Assembly: GCA_947462765.1 (NCBI GenBank)
Contig: CANHQK010000002.1
Span: forward strand, 38,099 to 102,098
Direction: 5' to 3'
DNA: 64,000 nt
From: Bdellovibrionales bacterium
GTDB lineage: Bacteria > Bdellovibrionota > UBA1018 > CAIMNF01
In this document: piece by piece, positions 1 to 10,602 of the stretch
Layout: every line of letters starts with the position of its first letter
Numbering within the stretch: the first letter of the stretch is position 1
Notes under the pieces: generated by a model
What the model was told of the DNA's origin: nothing
What the model saw: only the letters and a program-made list of their open reading frames with translations
The model's database searches: none
Made by a program: the position numbers and the translations under genes

Positions 1-483
1 TCCGTGAAGCCGGAGCTATTGGTTTGCGACGAGCCGGTTTCCGCCCTCGATGTTTCGATCCAAGCGCAGATCGTGAACTTGATGCAGGATCTCCAGAAGG
101 AACTCAAGCTCACTTACCTGTTCATTGCGCATGACTTGAAGGTGGTGGAACACATTTCGAACCGGGTAGCGGTGATGTATCTCGGAAAAATCGCCGAAAT
201 CGCCGAGGCCGAACAACTCTATTCGAATCCCCGTCATCCCTACACGCGAGCGCTCTTGTCGGCCATTCCGATTCCGGACCCGACCCACAAAAGTGAGCGG
301 ATCATCCTCCAGGGTGATGTGCCTTCACCCTTGAATCCGCCCAACGGGTGTTTCTTCAATCCCCGTTGCCCGTCCGTACAGGATCGTTGTCGCAGCGAAC
401 GCCCGGAATTATCCGTTATGGATCCTCGTGATCCACTCCATCAGGCGGCTTGCCATTTTCCTGCTGGAGGATCACGTTCATGA
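1..483 (+). CDS. Oligopeptide/dipeptide ABC transporter ATP-binding protein (OppF/DppF-like), C-terminal part; 5' end lies outside the window
   Basis: LSGGQ-downstream region, H-loop 'FIAHDL' and the oligopeptide C-terminal extension '[17 protein letters not shown]...CFFNPRCP' typical of OppD/F ATPases; ORF runs off the window start. Confidence 0.85.
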   Translation, partial: SVKPELLVCDEPVSALDVSIQAQIVNLMQDLQKELKLTYLFIAHDLKVVEHISNRVAVMYLGKIAEIAEAEQLYSNPRHPYTRALLSAIPIPDPTHKSERIILQGDVPSPLNPPNGCFFNPRCPSVQDRCRSERPELSVMDPRDPLHQAACHFPAGGSRS

Positions 484-782
484 GTGAGATCAAGGCGGCC
501 AAGCTGACAATGTCCCAGATCGACCTCGAGCTGAAGCGTCTTCCTGATTGGAGACTCAATGCATCCGGAGAGATCGAAAAGACCTTTCAGTTGAGTGGTT
601 TTCCGCAGTCCTTGATGTTCACGAGTGCTGTGGGTGTCCTGTCTGAAGCGAGGAATCACCATCCCGATATTCTGATCCAGTGGAACAAGGTCAGGCTCAC
701 GCTTTCGACTCATGATGCCGGCGGCCTGACCATGAAGGATTTCGACCTGGCCAAGGAAATCAATGCCCTCCCATCGTTCTGA
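480..782 (+). CDS. Pterin-4a-carbinolamine dehydratase (PCD/DCoH)
   Basis: Core '[29 protein letters not shown]' matches the PCD signature (HHP...TH); ATG at 480 overlaps the ABC stop (ATGA). Confidence 0.8.
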   Translation: MSEIKAAKLTMSQIDLELKRLPDWRLNASGEIEKTFQLSGFPQSLMFTSAVGVLSEARNHHPDILIQWNKVRLTLSTHDAGGLTMKDFDLAKEINALPSF

Positions 783-1572
783 TCCTCCCAAGCCCTGGGT
801 GGTGATCACAGGTGCGTCGTCGGGGATCGGAGAGGGACTCGCCCTCGAATGGGCCAGGCGTGGAACCCATTCTCTGGTATTGGCTGCCAGAAATGCCGAT
901 CGTCTCCGTCATATTGCTGAATCTTGCAGGGACCGATGCGAGACCCGGGTGATGCCTGTGGATCTGGGCGATCCGTTGTCGATCGATCGTTTTGCCGAAG
1001 CACTAGCGGAAAGCGGGATCTGCCCGTCAGTGGTGGTTCACAACGCCGGTATTTCCCAGCGCTCGCTCGCACTCGACACCGAACTCTCCGTGGTCCGCAG
1101 GATCATGGAGGTGAATTATTTCGGGACGGTTCATCTCACTCGGAAGCTGCTTCCGGGAATGATGGTTGCGGGTGGTGGTGAGTTCATCGTCATCACGAGC
1201 TTGGTGGGCAAGTTCGGAACGCCCCTCCGGAGCGCTTATTCGGCTTCGAAACATGCGCTTCATGGTTTTTTCGATTCCCTGAGGGCCGAGCTCGGTGGGC
1301 AAGGCATCCGGGTGATGATGGTCTGTCCGGGCTTCATCCGAACGGGGATCTCGATCAACGCACTGACCGGATCGGGCGAGAGTCAGGGGACCATGGATGA
1401 GGCCCAGGCCCGCGGGATGGAGCCATCCGTGTTTGCTCGTCACCTTCTCCGGCATCGCGACGCGGGCAGGGAAGAAGTGTGCATCGGCGGGCGGGAGGTG
1501 CTGGGTGTGTGGCTCAAGCGCTGGTTTCCATGGCTGTTTTCAAGGATCATTTCGCGCGCCAAGGTCACCTGA
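763..1572 (+). CDS. SDR-family short-chain dehydrogenase/reductase
   Basis: N-terminal 'VVITGASSGIGEGLA' Rossmann motif, 'NAG' motif and catalytic 'YSASKHAL' (YxxxK). Confidence 0.85.
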   Translation: MPSHRSDPPKPWVVITGASSGIGEGLALEWARRGTHSLVLAARNADRLRHIAESCRDRCETRVMPVDLGDPLSIDRFAEALAESGICPSVVVHNAGISQRSLALDTELSVVRRIMEVNYFGTVHLTRKLLPGMMVAGGGEFIVITSLVGKFGTPLRSAYSASKHALHGFFDSLRAELGGQGIRVMMVCPGFIRTGISINALTGSGESQGTMDEAQARGMEPSVFARHLLRHRDAGREEVCIGGREVLGVWLKRWFPWLFSRIISRAKVT

Positions 1573-1591
1573 TTTGTGCTAAGGTGCGTCC

Positions 1592-3223
1592 ATGCACGAC
1601 ACCCGTTTCACCGTCCCCCATCCGGTCAATGAACCCATCCTCGGTTATCTGAAAGGCTCGCGGGAGCGTCTCGAGCTCAAGGCCGAGTTATCGAAGATTG
1701 AATCCGAGGTGGTCGAGATTCCGTGTGTGATCGGCGGGCGTGAGATCCGAACCGGAAATATCTTTGAAGTCCGGATGCCGCACGATCACCGGCACGTGAT
1801 CGCCCGGGTGCATTTAGCAGGAGAAGCCGAGCTCCGGATGGCGATTGACGCCGCACTCGACGCCAAACGGGAGTGGGAGGCGCTCCCCTGGTTCGAACGC
1901 GCCAAGATATTCTTGAAAGCTGCAGATCTGCTTGCCGGGCCCTGGCGTGCAAGATTGAACGGATCGACCATGCACGGACAATCGAAGAACGCCTTCCAGG
2001 CCGAAATCGACGCTGCTTGCGAGCTCGCGGATTTCCTGCGCTTCAATGCCGCATTCTACGAGCGCCTGCTTGGAGATCAGCCCTTTTCTCCCCCGGGACT
2101 CCATAATTCCGTCGATTACCGCCCGCTCGAGGGCTTTGTGTTCGCGGTCACTCCCTTCAACTTCACGGCGATCGCGGGCAACCTGCCGGCGGCTCCGGCG
2201 TTGGTCGGGAACACGGTGGTGTGGAAGCCTTCCGAGCAGCAGAGTCTGGCCGCCTACCGGACTTACGAATTGTTCCGCGAGGCTGGCCTTCCTCCGGGCG
2301 TGATCAACTTCGTTCCGGCCCCGGGGCCCCTGGCCGGGGAGGTGGTGCTTCCTCATGCCGAATTGGCCGGTGTCCATTTCACGGGGTCGAGCGGGACCTT
2401 CAATCACATCTGGAAAACGGTGGGGGAGGGGGTCGATCGGTACCGTACTTATCCGCGGATTGTCGGTGAGACAGGGGGCAAGGACTTCGTGTTCGCCCAT
2501 CCGTCTGCCGATCAAGATGTACTCGCAACCGCTCTTATTCGCGGGGCCTTTGAATACCAAGGACAGAAATGCTCGGCCGCATCCCGCGCCTATATCCCGT
2601 CTTCCCTGTGGCGGGGTCTCGAGAAAAATCTGGTGGAACAGATCCGCGCCATCCGGGTGGGGGATGTCCGGGACTTCCGGAACCTCGTCAATGCGGTCAT
2701 CGATGAGCGGGCCTTCAAGAAGATCTCATCCTACCTTGATCATGTGAGGCAAGACTCAAGTTGCACCCTCTTGGCGGGTGGAGCCGCCAAAGGAGAGACT
2801 GGATATTTCATCGAGCCGACCCTGGTCCGGACGACGGACCCCAAAGCCCGGACCATGTGCGAGGAGATTTTCGGTCCGGTGCTGACCCTCTATGTCTATG
2901 ATGACGCAAATCTGCAAGACACCCTCGCGCTCGTCAACGAGACTTCGCCCTATGCCTTGACGGGAGCGCTGATCGCACAGGATCGGAAAGCCCTGGTGCA
3001 AATGGGCGAGACCCTCCGTCATGCCGCTGGCAATCTCTATATCAATGACAAGCCGACCGGTGCCGTAGTGGGCCAGCAACCGTTCGGGGGAGCGCGCCGG
3101 TCGGGCACGAACGACAAAGCCGGAAGCGCCATGAACCTGCTTCGCTGGATGAGTGCGCGGACCATCAAAGAAAATTTTGTCCCGCCCAAGCAGCTCCTGT
3201 ATCCTTACATGGATGAAGCCTGA
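1592..3223 (+). CDS. 1-pyrroline-5-carboxylate (L-glutamate gamma-semialdehyde) dehydrogenase, aldehyde dehydrogenase family
   Basis: 543 aa; ALDH motifs ('VTPFNFTAIAGN', 'FEYQGQKCSAASR' catalytic Cys, 'ETGGKD'); N-terminus typical of standalone PruA/RocA-type P5CDH. Confidence 0.85.
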   Translation: MHDTRFTVPHPVNEPILGYLKGSRERLELKAELSKIESEVVEIPCVIGGREIRTGNIFEVRMPHDHRHVIARVHLAGEAELRMAIDAALDAKREWEALPWFERAKIFLKAADLLAGPWRARLNGSTMHGQSKNAFQAEIDAACELADFLRFNAAFYERLLGDQPFSPPGLHNSVDYRPLEGFVFAVTPFNFTAIAGNLPAAPALVGNTVVWKPSEQQSLAAYRTYELFREAGLPPGVINFVPAPGPLAGEVVLPHAELAGVHFTGSSGTFNHIWKTVGEGVDRYRTYPRIVGETGGKDFVFAHPSADQDVLATALIRGAFEYQGQKCSAASRAYIPSSLWRGLEKNLVEQIRAIRVGDVRDFRNLVNAVIDERAFKKISSYLDHVRQDSSCTLLAGGAAKGETGYFIEPTLVRTTDPKARTMCEEIFGPVLTLYVYDDANLQDTLALVNETSPYALTGALIAQDRKALVQMGETLRHAAGNLYINDKPTGAVVGQQPFGGARRSGTNDKAGSAMNLLRWMSARTIKENFVPPKQLLYPYMDEA

Positions 3224-4715
3224 ATCCGCCTACGAAAGTTATCGTTCAAAACTCGCTAAAATCGCCGATCTCGGTTTTGCCGGGGCGGTCTTGAGCTGGG
3301 ATCAGCAGGTGTTCATGCCGAAAAACGGAGCCAGGGCCCGTGGGCGTCAGTTGGCCACCCTCTCGACTCTGGGGCACGAACTGTTCACAAGCGAGGAATT
3401 CGGAGCCCTGATCGGGAAGTTGGCCGAAAGTCCGGAACTGAGCGGAGATCAGCGGATCAATGTGGCGCTCACCCGGAAGGATTTCGAGCGGAAGAAGAAA
3501 TACCCCGACGCTTTTGTCGAGAAGATGTCACTCGTGACCTCCGAAGCCTTTGGTGCTTGGCATGAGGCGCGCACCAAGAAGGACTTTTCGATTTTCAAAC
3601 CGCTTCTGGAGCAAATTGTTCAACTGAAGCGTGAAGAAACCCGTCTCCTCGGATATGTGAATCATCCTTACGAGGCGCTCCTCGAGGATTATGAACCCGG
3701 TTTGACCGTCGCCAAGATCGACGAGGTGTTCGATCGTGTCCGGAAGGAGCTCTTTCCATTCATCCGTCAGATCCTGTCGCGTCCCCAACCGGATCATTCT
3801 TTTCTGATGAAGCATTACCCGAAGGCCAAGCAATGGGCTTTCTCCGAGAAAATGGTGCGTCAGATGGGATATGACTTCGACTCCGGGCGCGCGGATGATG
3901 CGCCCCATCCCTTTTGCACCACCTTCGGTCCCGGCGATGTCAGGATCACTCTTCGGAGTGATGAACATGAGTTCACCATGATGCTTTTCGCCGCCATTCA
4001 TGAGGCGGGACACGGACTTTACGAGCTTGGCCTGCCGCTCGAGTCGCACTACGGACTACCGCTCGGATCGGCTTTGTCACTGGCTTTCCATGAGTCCCAG
4101 TCGAGATTCTGGGAGAACAATATCGCCCGTTCGCTCCCCTATTGGAAAGCGAACTATCCTGTTCTTCAGGAGGAGTTTCCGGCGAATCTCGGTTCCGTGT
4201 CTCTCGAAACGTTCTACCGGGGTATCAATCGGATCGAGCCCTCGTTCATCCGGGTCGAAGCCGATGAACTGACTTATCACGCGCACATTTATATTCGCTA
4301 CCTGATCGAGAAGGCTCTCATCGAAGGATCCATTGAGGTCTCGGATGTACCCCGGGTTTGGAATGACCGGTACGAGGAGTTCCTCGGAATCCGTCCTTCG
4401 AATGATTCTGAAGGGTGTCTGCAAGACATTCATTGGTCTTACGGATCCTTCGGGTATTTCCCCACTTATTCGTTTGGAAGCTTCTATGCCGCCCAATTGG
4501 CTGCTGCGATGAAGAGGCAGATTCCCGGATTCGATTCTCTCATCGAGGCGGGAAGCCTGGCTCCAGTTCTTGAGTGGCTCAGGAGCAAGGTTCATTCGAA
4601 GGGGCGCAGTTTGAATTCGGAGGAACTGCTGATCGAAACCACGGGCAAAGGGCTTGATGTCGGTGATTTCATGGACTACGCGCGTTCCAAATATGGGGCC
4701 ATTTACGGCCTTTGA
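3213..4715 (+). CDS. M32-family metallocarboxypeptidase (carboxypeptidase Taq-like)
   Basis: HExxH zinc motif 'IHEAGHGLYE', 'HPF' and 'DVRIT' motifs, ~500 aa; in-frame ATG at 3213 (MKPESAYESY...) overlaps the P5CDH stop by 11 nt. Confidence 0.8.
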   Translation: MKPESAYESYRSKLAKIADLGFAGAVLSWDQQVFMPKNGARARGRQLATLSTLGHELFTSEEFGALIGKLAESPELSGDQRINVALTRKDFERKKKYPDAFVEKMSLVTSEAFGAWHEARTKKDFSIFKPLLEQIVQLKREETRLLGYVNHPYEALLEDYEPGLTVAKIDEVFDRVRKELFPFIRQILSRPQPDHSFLMKHYPKAKQWAFSEKMVRQMGYDFDSGRADDAPHPFCTTFGPGDVRITLRSDEHEFTMMLFAAIHEAGHGLYELGLPLESHYGLPLGSALSLAFHESQSRFWENNIARSLPYWKANYPVLQEEFPANLGSVSLETFYRGINRIEPSFIRVEADELTYHAHIYIRYLIEKALIEGSIEVSDVPRVWNDRYEEFLGIRPSNDSEGCLQDIHWSYGSFGYFPTYSFGSFYAAQLAAAMKRQIPGFDSLIEAGSLAPVLEWLRSKVHSKGRSLNSEELLIETTGKGLDVGDFMDYARSKYGAIYGL

Positions 4716-4725
4716 TTCGGGCGGT

Positions 4726-6123
4726 TCAGTCCTCGGATTCGATGCCGAATGATTTCATCCTGCGGTGAAGGTAGCTCCGCTCGATGCCGAGAACTTGTGC
4801 GGTCTTCGAAATGTTCCAGCCGTTCTCTTTCAAGGACTGGATGATGTACTCGCGCTCGAAATCGGCTTTGGCATCCTTCAGTGAACGTCCCCCTGATAAT
4901 GCGACGATTCCATGGGTTTCCACCTGGCCAGAGGCTGCCGGAGCGAATCCTTCATCTCCGAGGTGCATGCGGAGTTCGTCCGACCCGACAGGATCGTTTT
5001 CCTCGGGGGCCTGAAGGATCACGATCCGCTCGATCAGATTTCTGAGTTCACGGATGTTTCCGGGCCAGGAGTGGCGCTCCAGGAGTTGGATCGCATCCTG
5101 TGAGAAGGTCCGTTTCGGCTTCTGGTGAGAGACTGAAAACTCCCTCAAAAAGTGATCGCTCAGCAGGGGAATGTCCTCTTTCCGGTCCCGGAGGGCCGGA
5201 ATGTGGATCCGGATCACATTGAGTCGGAAATAAAGGTCTTCCCTGAAATTACCCTTCGCGATTTCCTGCTTGAGATCCTTGTTGGTCGCGGCAATCACCC
5301 GGACATCCACCGAGTGGGTTTCGTGCCCGCCCACCCGCTCGAACTTCTGCTCCTGAAGGATGCGCAGGATCTTGGCCTGCGTTTTCATCGACATGTCGCC
5401 GATCTCATCGAGAAACAGGGTTCCCTGGTCGGCCAGATCGAATCGACCGCGGCGGCGCTGTGTCGCACCGGTGAAGGCCCCCCGCTCATGACCGAAAAGC
5501 TCACTCTCGATCAGCTCTTCCGGGATCGCAGCACAATTGACCTCTATGAACGGTTTCTTGAATCGGTGGGAAAGAGCGTGAATGGTTTGTGCTGCGACTT
5601 CCTTGCCGGTGCCGTTCTCGCCAGTGATCAGAACCGAGCTATTGGTCGGCGCCACCCGGCGGATGAGTTCCTGGATCTGCTTCATCGATGGAGATTCCCC
5701 GATGAAGGGCCGTTTCCCTGACAGCTGTTTACGAAGGGCTTGGTTTTCCTCGATCAGATCCCGGGCGGAGAGTGCGTTCCGGATGAGTACGAGCAAGCGG
5801 TCCAGTTCAACGGGCTTCTCCATGAAGTCGAAAGCACCGAGCTTGGTTGCTTTCACTGCAGTCTCGATATTCCCGTGACCGGACATGATGATCACAGGGG
5901 TCTCGATCCCTTTTGCCTTCATTTCGGTCAGCGCGGCCATCCCGTCGAGATCCGGCATCCAGATGTCGAGCAGGATCAAATCAGGGTTGTCTTTCAGTGC
6001 GGTCTCGATACCTTGTCGGGCATTCGGAGACTTGAGGGTCCTGTACCCCTCGTCTTGCAGGGCTCCGGCGAGTGAGTCCCGGATCGAGGGTTCGTCATCG
6101 ATGATCAGGATCGTCCGGCTCAT
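4726..6123 (-). CDS. Sigma-54-dependent response regulator (NtrC/NtrX family)
   Basis: Receiver domain (DDEPSIRD...LLDIWMPDLDG), AAA+ sigma-54 interaction domain (GENGTGKE, GAFTGA, ESELFGHE) and C-terminal Fis-type HTH; ATGA overlap with the upstream kinase. Confidence 0.9.
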   Translation of the reverse strand: MSRTILIIDDEPSIRDSLAGALQDEGYRTLKSPNARQGIETALKDNPDLILLDIWMPDLDGMAALTEMKAKGIETPVIIMSGHGNIETAVKATKLGAFDFMEKPVELDRLLVLIRNALSARDLIEENQALRKQLSGKRPFIGESPSMKQIQELIRRVAPTNSSVLITGENGTGKEVAAQTIHALSHRFKKPFIEVNCAAIPEELIESELFGHERGAFTGATQRRRGRFDLADQGTLFLDEIGDMSMKTQAKILRILQEQKFERVGGHETHSVDVRVIAATNKDLKQEIAKGNFREDLYFRLNVIRIHIPALRDRKEDIPLLSDHFLREFSVSHQKPKRTFSQDAIQLLERHSWPGNIRELRNLIERIVILQAPEENDPVGSDELRMHLGDEGFAPAASGQVETHGIVALSGGRSLKDAKADFEREYIIQSLKENGWNISKTAQVLGIERSYLHRRMKSFGIESED

Positions 6124-8336
6124 GAGATCAGCTTAGCCGTTTTGAGGGGAAGCTCAATGATAAAAGAAGTGCCTGCGTCAAGCTTCGAGGACAGTCGGAT
6201 GTATCCCCCGTGATCGTTGATGATCCTTTTCACGATGGCCAGCCCGAGTCCTGTCCCTTCAGATTTTGTCGAGAAATAAGGCTCAAAAGCACGCTCCTGG
6301 ATTTCCTCGCTCATGCCGGGGCCATTGTCTTTCAGGATCAGAGCGGCCATTTCAAGAGGCGCATTGAAATGGGTCTCGATTTCGATCCTGCCCGGCCGGG
6401 TACCCTTCGCAGATTGGATTGCGGCGATTCCGTTGTCGATCAGATTCATGAGAACCCGCTTCATCTGATCCCGATCGAGATTGATGACCGGCAGTCGGGT
6501 TTCCAGACGTGTGATGAAATGGATTTCAGGGTGGGCGGAAAGATACAGCTTCAAGGTTTCCTGGATCAGCTCGTTCAGTTGCTGGGGGGTCGGAGAAACC
6601 TCGGGAAGGCGGGCGAAGTTCGAAAACTCGTTCACCATCTCTTTGAGTTCGTCAGTGTGCTGGATGATCACCTTGGTGCACTCCTGCACCAGTTGCCCGT
6701 CCTGACCCGGAAGTTCGCGGAGGCGCCTTTGGAGTCGCTGAGCGGAAAGTTTGATCGGGGTGAGAGGGTTCTTGATCTCATGCGCGATCCGTTTGGCCAC
6801 CTCGCGCCAGGCCATTTCACGCTGGCCCTTGACCAGATGGGTGACATCATCCAAAACCGCCACTGCCCCCCAGATCCGGCCGTTTTCCTTCAAAGGTGAG
6901 GAAATCGCGGTGAGATTGCGGATTTCTCCTTCGATCTTCCCGGTCCAGGTGGTCTCGAGCTCGGTTTTGGGTGCATCCTCAAGAGCCGATTCCAGGACGC
7001 CTAGAATGCCTGCGAGTGATGCCCCCCTTAAAATTGCATTCATGGGGCGTCCGGAGTATTCGCCGTCAGGCAGATCCAAAAGGGTCCGGGCCGCCGAATT
7101 CAGGGTCAGGATGCCTCCGGTCCGGTCCACCAGAACGACTCCGGTGGCGATGTTGGACAAAATGGCCTCGAGTTGCTGGGTGCGCTGACGGATCTCGGCC
7201 TGGTTCCTTTTCAGGTCCGCGGTCATCTTGTTGAAGCTCTCCACCAGTGTGGCGATTTCATCATCGCCGGTTTTCTCAATCGTCACATCCAGTCGACCGC
7301 GTCCCACTTCGTGCGCAGCTCGAACCAGACGCTCGACGGGAACGGTGAGCTCACGTGCCAGATACAGTCCGAGCCAGATCTCAGCGAAGATGATCAGCAG
7401 GGTGATCAGGATCAGGATGATGAAGTAGGTGGTCTTGATCGGGTACTTGAGCGGATTGATGTCCTTGTACTCTTCGGCCGTATTGGCGATTTGTCCCGCT
7501 TTCTGGGTCAAGTTGACTGGAATGAGCGTGTTCACGATGACCAGCGCCTTCACTGTGCCCGAGGGGTATTCCATGACCGGGACCCCGGAACGGACGAGGT
7601 CGGCCCTGCCGACCGACTGGATGAAGGTGATCCGGTTGCCTTGGAATCCTGCCTTGAGGCGGTCCAGGCTGGGGCGTACGTAGGCATCGGGACTGTGGAT
7701 TCTGGAGTGCGGATCCATCACCATCCAAGGACGGGAAAAGGGATCGGCGTACACTTCGACGGCATTCAGGGCATAGAGATCCCTGAGGTGTTCGAGTTGT
7801 TGCAACCAGGCGGTTTCCGATCTCTTGGAGGCCCCGTACTTCAGCGGCCGGAGCTGGTTGGCGATCAAACCCGCGAAGTGCGTCGAGAGATTTTCCGCAT
7901 TCTTGTAATACAGGCTCGTGATCTCAAGAGAGGACTCGAGGGTGTTCTGGACCTTCAGCGAGAACCACTTGTCGAAGCTCTGATTGATATACAGGGCCGA
8001 GATGGTGAAAACCGTGAGGGTGGGAATGATCGAGAATCCGATGAAAGCTGCAACCAGCTTGGACTTGAGTCGTGAACCGAGGATCCGGCTCCTGCGTTCG
8101 AAGAAGATTTTTCCGACATTCTTGAAAATGAGCCAAAGCAGTCCGACCAGAATGACGATGTTGAAGTTGATGAGTCCGAAGAAAAAGATCGAATTGACGA
8201 AGGGCAGGGTGGAAGAGATTTTTCCGAGGCGGAACTCGACGGCGGTCAGCAGGGCGAAAGCGATCGCGAGGCCGAAAATGATGACCCTTTCCCGGCGTCT
8301 TTTCCGGGCTTCCCGTTGCTCCAAGCGATCCGACAT
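6120..8336 (-). CDS. Sensor histidine kinase, NtrY-like (multi-TM N-terminus, HAMP, PAS, HisKA, HATPase)
   Basis: 738 aa; N-terminal hydrophobic segments, HAMP-like '[17 protein letters not shown]', H-box '[18 protein letters not shown]', G-boxes 'DNGPGM'/'GTGLGLAIV'; co-oriented and overlapping the sigma-54 response regulator. Confidence 0.85.
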   Translation of the reverse strand: MSDRLEQREARKRRRERVIIFGLAIAFALLTAVEFRLGKISSTLPFVNSIFFFGLINFNIVILVGLLWLIFKNVGKIFFERRSRILGSRLKSKLVAAFIGFSIIPTLTVFTISALYINQSFDKWFSLKVQNTLESSLEITSLYYKNAENLSTHFAGLIANQLRPLKYGASKRSETAWLQQLEHLRDLYALNAVEVYADPFSRPWMVMDPHSRIHSPDAYVRPSLDRLKAGFQGNRITFIQSVGRADLVRSGVPVMEYPSGTVKALVIVNTLIPVNLTQKAGQIANTAEEYKDINPLKYPIKTTYFIILILITLLIIFAEIWLGLYLARELTVPVERLVRAAHEVGRGRLDVTIEKTGDDEIATLVESFNKMTADLKRNQAEIRQRTQQLEAILSNIATGVVLVDRTGGILTLNSAARTLLDLPDGEYSGRPMNAILRGASLAGILGVLESALEDAPKTELETTWTGKIEGEIRNLTAISSPLKENGRIWGAVAVLDDVTHLVKGQREMAWREVAKRIAHEIKNPLTPIKLSAQRLQRRLRELPGQDGQLVQECTKVIIQHTDELKEMVNEFSNFARLPEVSPTPQQLNELIQETLKLYLSAHPEIHFITRLETRLPVINLDRDQMKRVLMNLIDNGIAAIQSAKGTRPGRIEIETHFNAPLEMAALILKDNGPGMSEEIQERAFEPYFSTKSEGTGLGLAIVKRIINDHGGYIRLSSKLDAGTSFIIELPLKTAKLIS

Positions 8337-8387
8337 GGGGCGAGATTATCATGGATTTTGGCCCTAAATCGAACTATTCTACCCCGC

Positions 8388-9860
8388 ATGGCAGAAAAAA
8401 TCACACCCCGCAGCGAAAACTTCCCCGAGTGGTATCAGGATGTGGTGATCCAGGCCCGTCTGGCCGATTACAGTCCGGTCAAAGGATGCATGGTCATCCG
8501 TCCGAATGGCTATTCGATTTGGGAACGGATCCAGAAGGAAATGAACGATCGGATCAAGGCGGCAGGAGTGAAGAACGCCTATTTCCCGATGTTCATCCCT
8601 GAGAGCTTCATCAAAAAAGAAGCGGATCACGTTGAGGGCTTCGCTCCACAGGTGGCCGTGGTGACCCATGCGGGGGCCAAGGATCTCGACGAAAAACTCG
8701 TGGTCCGTCCGACCTCCGAAACCATCATCAATTCGATGTTCGCCAAGTGGATCCAGAGTTACCGGGATCTTCCCTTGCTCATGAACCAATGGGCCAACGT
8801 GGTCCGGTGGGAAATGCGGACTCGCCTTTTTCTGAGAACCACTGAGTTCTTGTGGCAGGAGGGCCACACCTGCCATGCCACGCTCGATGAGGCCGAGGTC
8901 TTCACCCAAAGGATGCTGAAGATGTACCACGAGTTCGCAGAAAACGTCTTGGCGATGCCGGTGGTTCCAGGCATGAAATCCGAGGCCGAGAAATTCGCCG
9001 GTGCGCTCCGTACCTATTGCATCGAAGCCATGATGCAAGACGGAAAGGCTCTGCAGGCGGGCACTTCGCACAATCTTTCGGATCACTTTGCCAAGGCCTT
9101 CGATACGATGTTCCTCGACAAGGATGGAAAGCAGAAGCATGTGTTCCAGACCAGTTGGGGTGTTTCGACACGCCTGATCGGCGGGATGATCATGACCCAT
9201 TCGGACGACAAGGGGCTTGTTCTGCCACCCATGCTGGCTGAAACCCACGTGGTGATTGTTCCGATCACTCCGAAAGCTGGCACAGCCCCTGCGATTCATG
9301 AGGCTGCCGATCGTCTGGCTGCATCAATCCGCGAGCACGCGGATGCGCAAGCGCTGCCGTACCGTATCGGTGTTTCGGTGGATAAGGACGATACCAAACA
9401 AGCAGGCTGGAAGTTCCATGAGTATGAATTGATCGGAATCCCGGTCCGGATCGAAATCGGTCCTCGTGATCTTGAAAAATCGCAGGCGGTGTTCACCCGG
9501 CGCGATGTGGGAGTGAAGGAGTTCGTCCCGCTGGCGGATCTTCCTGCGAAGATCGCGCGCGAGCTCAAGTCCATGCAGTCGGATTTGCTCGAGAAGGCCC
9601 GTGCTCATCGTGACCGCAATACCCATGAGGTCGATGATTACACCACTTTCAAGAAGCTGCTCGACGAGAAGGGCGGGTTTTTCAAAGTGCCTTGGAGCCT
9701 TGATCGTGCGGCCGAGGAGCAGATCAAGGAAGAAACCAAAGCGACTCTCCGGTGTATCCTGCTCGACGAGTCTTTCAAGCCTGTTCAGGCGGGTAAGCCT
9801 TGTTTCATGACCGGAAAGAAAGACGGAACCGTCATGGCGATCTTCGCCCGGTCGTATTGA
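8388..9860 (+). CDS. proS: Proline--tRNA ligase, archaeal/eukaryotic-like type (no INS editing domain)
   Basis: Class II motifs; N-terminus 'FPEWYQDVV...[12 protein letters not shown]'; ~490 aa; characteristic C-terminal domain ending in Tyr ('...AIFARSY'); ATG at 8388 ([12 protein letters not shown]). Confidence 0.85.
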   Translation: MAEKITPRSENFPEWYQDVVIQARLADYSPVKGCMVIRPNGYSIWERIQKEMNDRIKAAGVKNAYFPMFIPESFIKKEADHVEGFAPQVAVVTHAGAKDLDEKLVVRPTSETIINSMFAKWIQSYRDLPLLMNQWANVVRWEMRTRLFLRTTEFLWQEGHTCHATLDEAEVFTQRMLKMYHEFAENVLAMPVVPGMKSEAEKFAGALRTYCIEAMMQDGKALQAGTSHNLSDHFAKAFDTMFLDKDGKQKHVFQTSWGVSTRLIGGMIMTHSDDKGLVLPPMLAETHVVIVPITPKAGTAPAIHEAADRLAASIREHADAQALPYRIGVSVDKDDTKQAGWKFHEYELIGIPVRIEIGPRDLEKSQAVFTRRDVGVKEFVPLADLPAKIARELKSMQSDLLEKARAHRDRNTHEVDDYTTFKKLLDEKGGFFKVPWSLDRAAEEQIKEETKATLRCILLDESFKPVQAGKPCFMTGKKDGTVMAIFARSY

Positions 9861-9873
9861 GAAAGGTCCCGAC

Positions 9874-10602
9874 ATGAGCACCGATCTGGTGGTGGCACTC
9901 GACTTCAGTGAGCGATCTGAAGCCGAACAATTGATGGAGAAGCTCGAGGGTTTGCCCGTGATTTACAAGGTCGGGCTCGAGCTGTTCCTGTCGACGGGAG
10001 CCTCCTGGGTCCAGACGCTTTGTTCGCTCGGTCACCGTGTGTTTCTCGATCTGAAATTCCATGACATCCCGAACACGGTCGCTCAGGCCGTGGTCCAGGG
10101 GGCCAAAACCGGTGCCGAGTTCATTACGGTTCATCTTTCTGGCGGGCGCAGGATGCTGGATGAGATCGATCTGAAGCTTTCCGAAGCTCTTGCCAGCGGA
10201 CAGATCAGCTCCCGTCCGAACATTCTGGGAGTGAGCGTTCTGACCTCGTTTCACGAAGAAGAGTGGATTGCGAATGTCTCGCATATGGCCAAGATCACCG
10301 GCGTCAGGCAGATCTCGGACTCGGTCCAGCATTTCGCCAGCCTTGCTCATGACCATCCTGCTGTCCAAGGCATGGTTTGCTCGCCCAAGGAAATCGCTCT
10401 GGTGCGGACCAAGCATCCGCACTTGTTTTTGATGGTTCCGGGGATCCGTCCGGAAGGCGCCCCGGCGCATGACCAAAGCCGGGTCATGACGCCAAAAGAA
10501 GCCCGTGAGGCCGGAGCTTCGGCTGTGGTGGTCGGCAGGCCCATCACCCGGGCAGAGGATCCTCGAGCCATGACCCTGGCGATACTGGGAGAACTTGAAT
10601 GA
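9874..10602 (+). CDS. pyrF: Orotidine 5'-phosphate decarboxylase
   Basis: 'LVVALDF', 'YKVGLELF', 'VFLDLKFHDIPNTV' catalytic motifs of OMP decarboxylase. Confidence 0.85.
   Translation: MSTDLVVALDFSERSEAEQLMEKLEGLPVIYKVGLELFLSTGASWVQTLCSLGHRVFLDLKFHDIPNTVAQAVVQGAKTGAEFITVHLSGGRRMLDEIDLKLSEALASGQISSRPNILGVSVLTSFHEEEWIANVSHMAKITGVRQISDSVQHFASLAHDHPAVQGMVCSPKEIALVRTKHPHLFLMVPGIRPEGAPAHDQSRVMTPKEAREAGASAVVVGRPITRAEDPRAMTLAILGELE

Noticed and set aside
1814-2560. Long antisense ORFs opposite well-supported genes (for example 1814-2560-, 7173-8075+, 8379-9299-, 16821-17993-, 18272-19414-, 21700-23109-, 26177-27205-, 39906-40766-, 59471-59962-)
   Set aside because: Each lies wholly inside and antisense to a gene with strong family signatures. 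High-GC genomes generate long spurious antisense ORFs. The translated products have low-complexity, Arg/Pro/Gly-rich composition.
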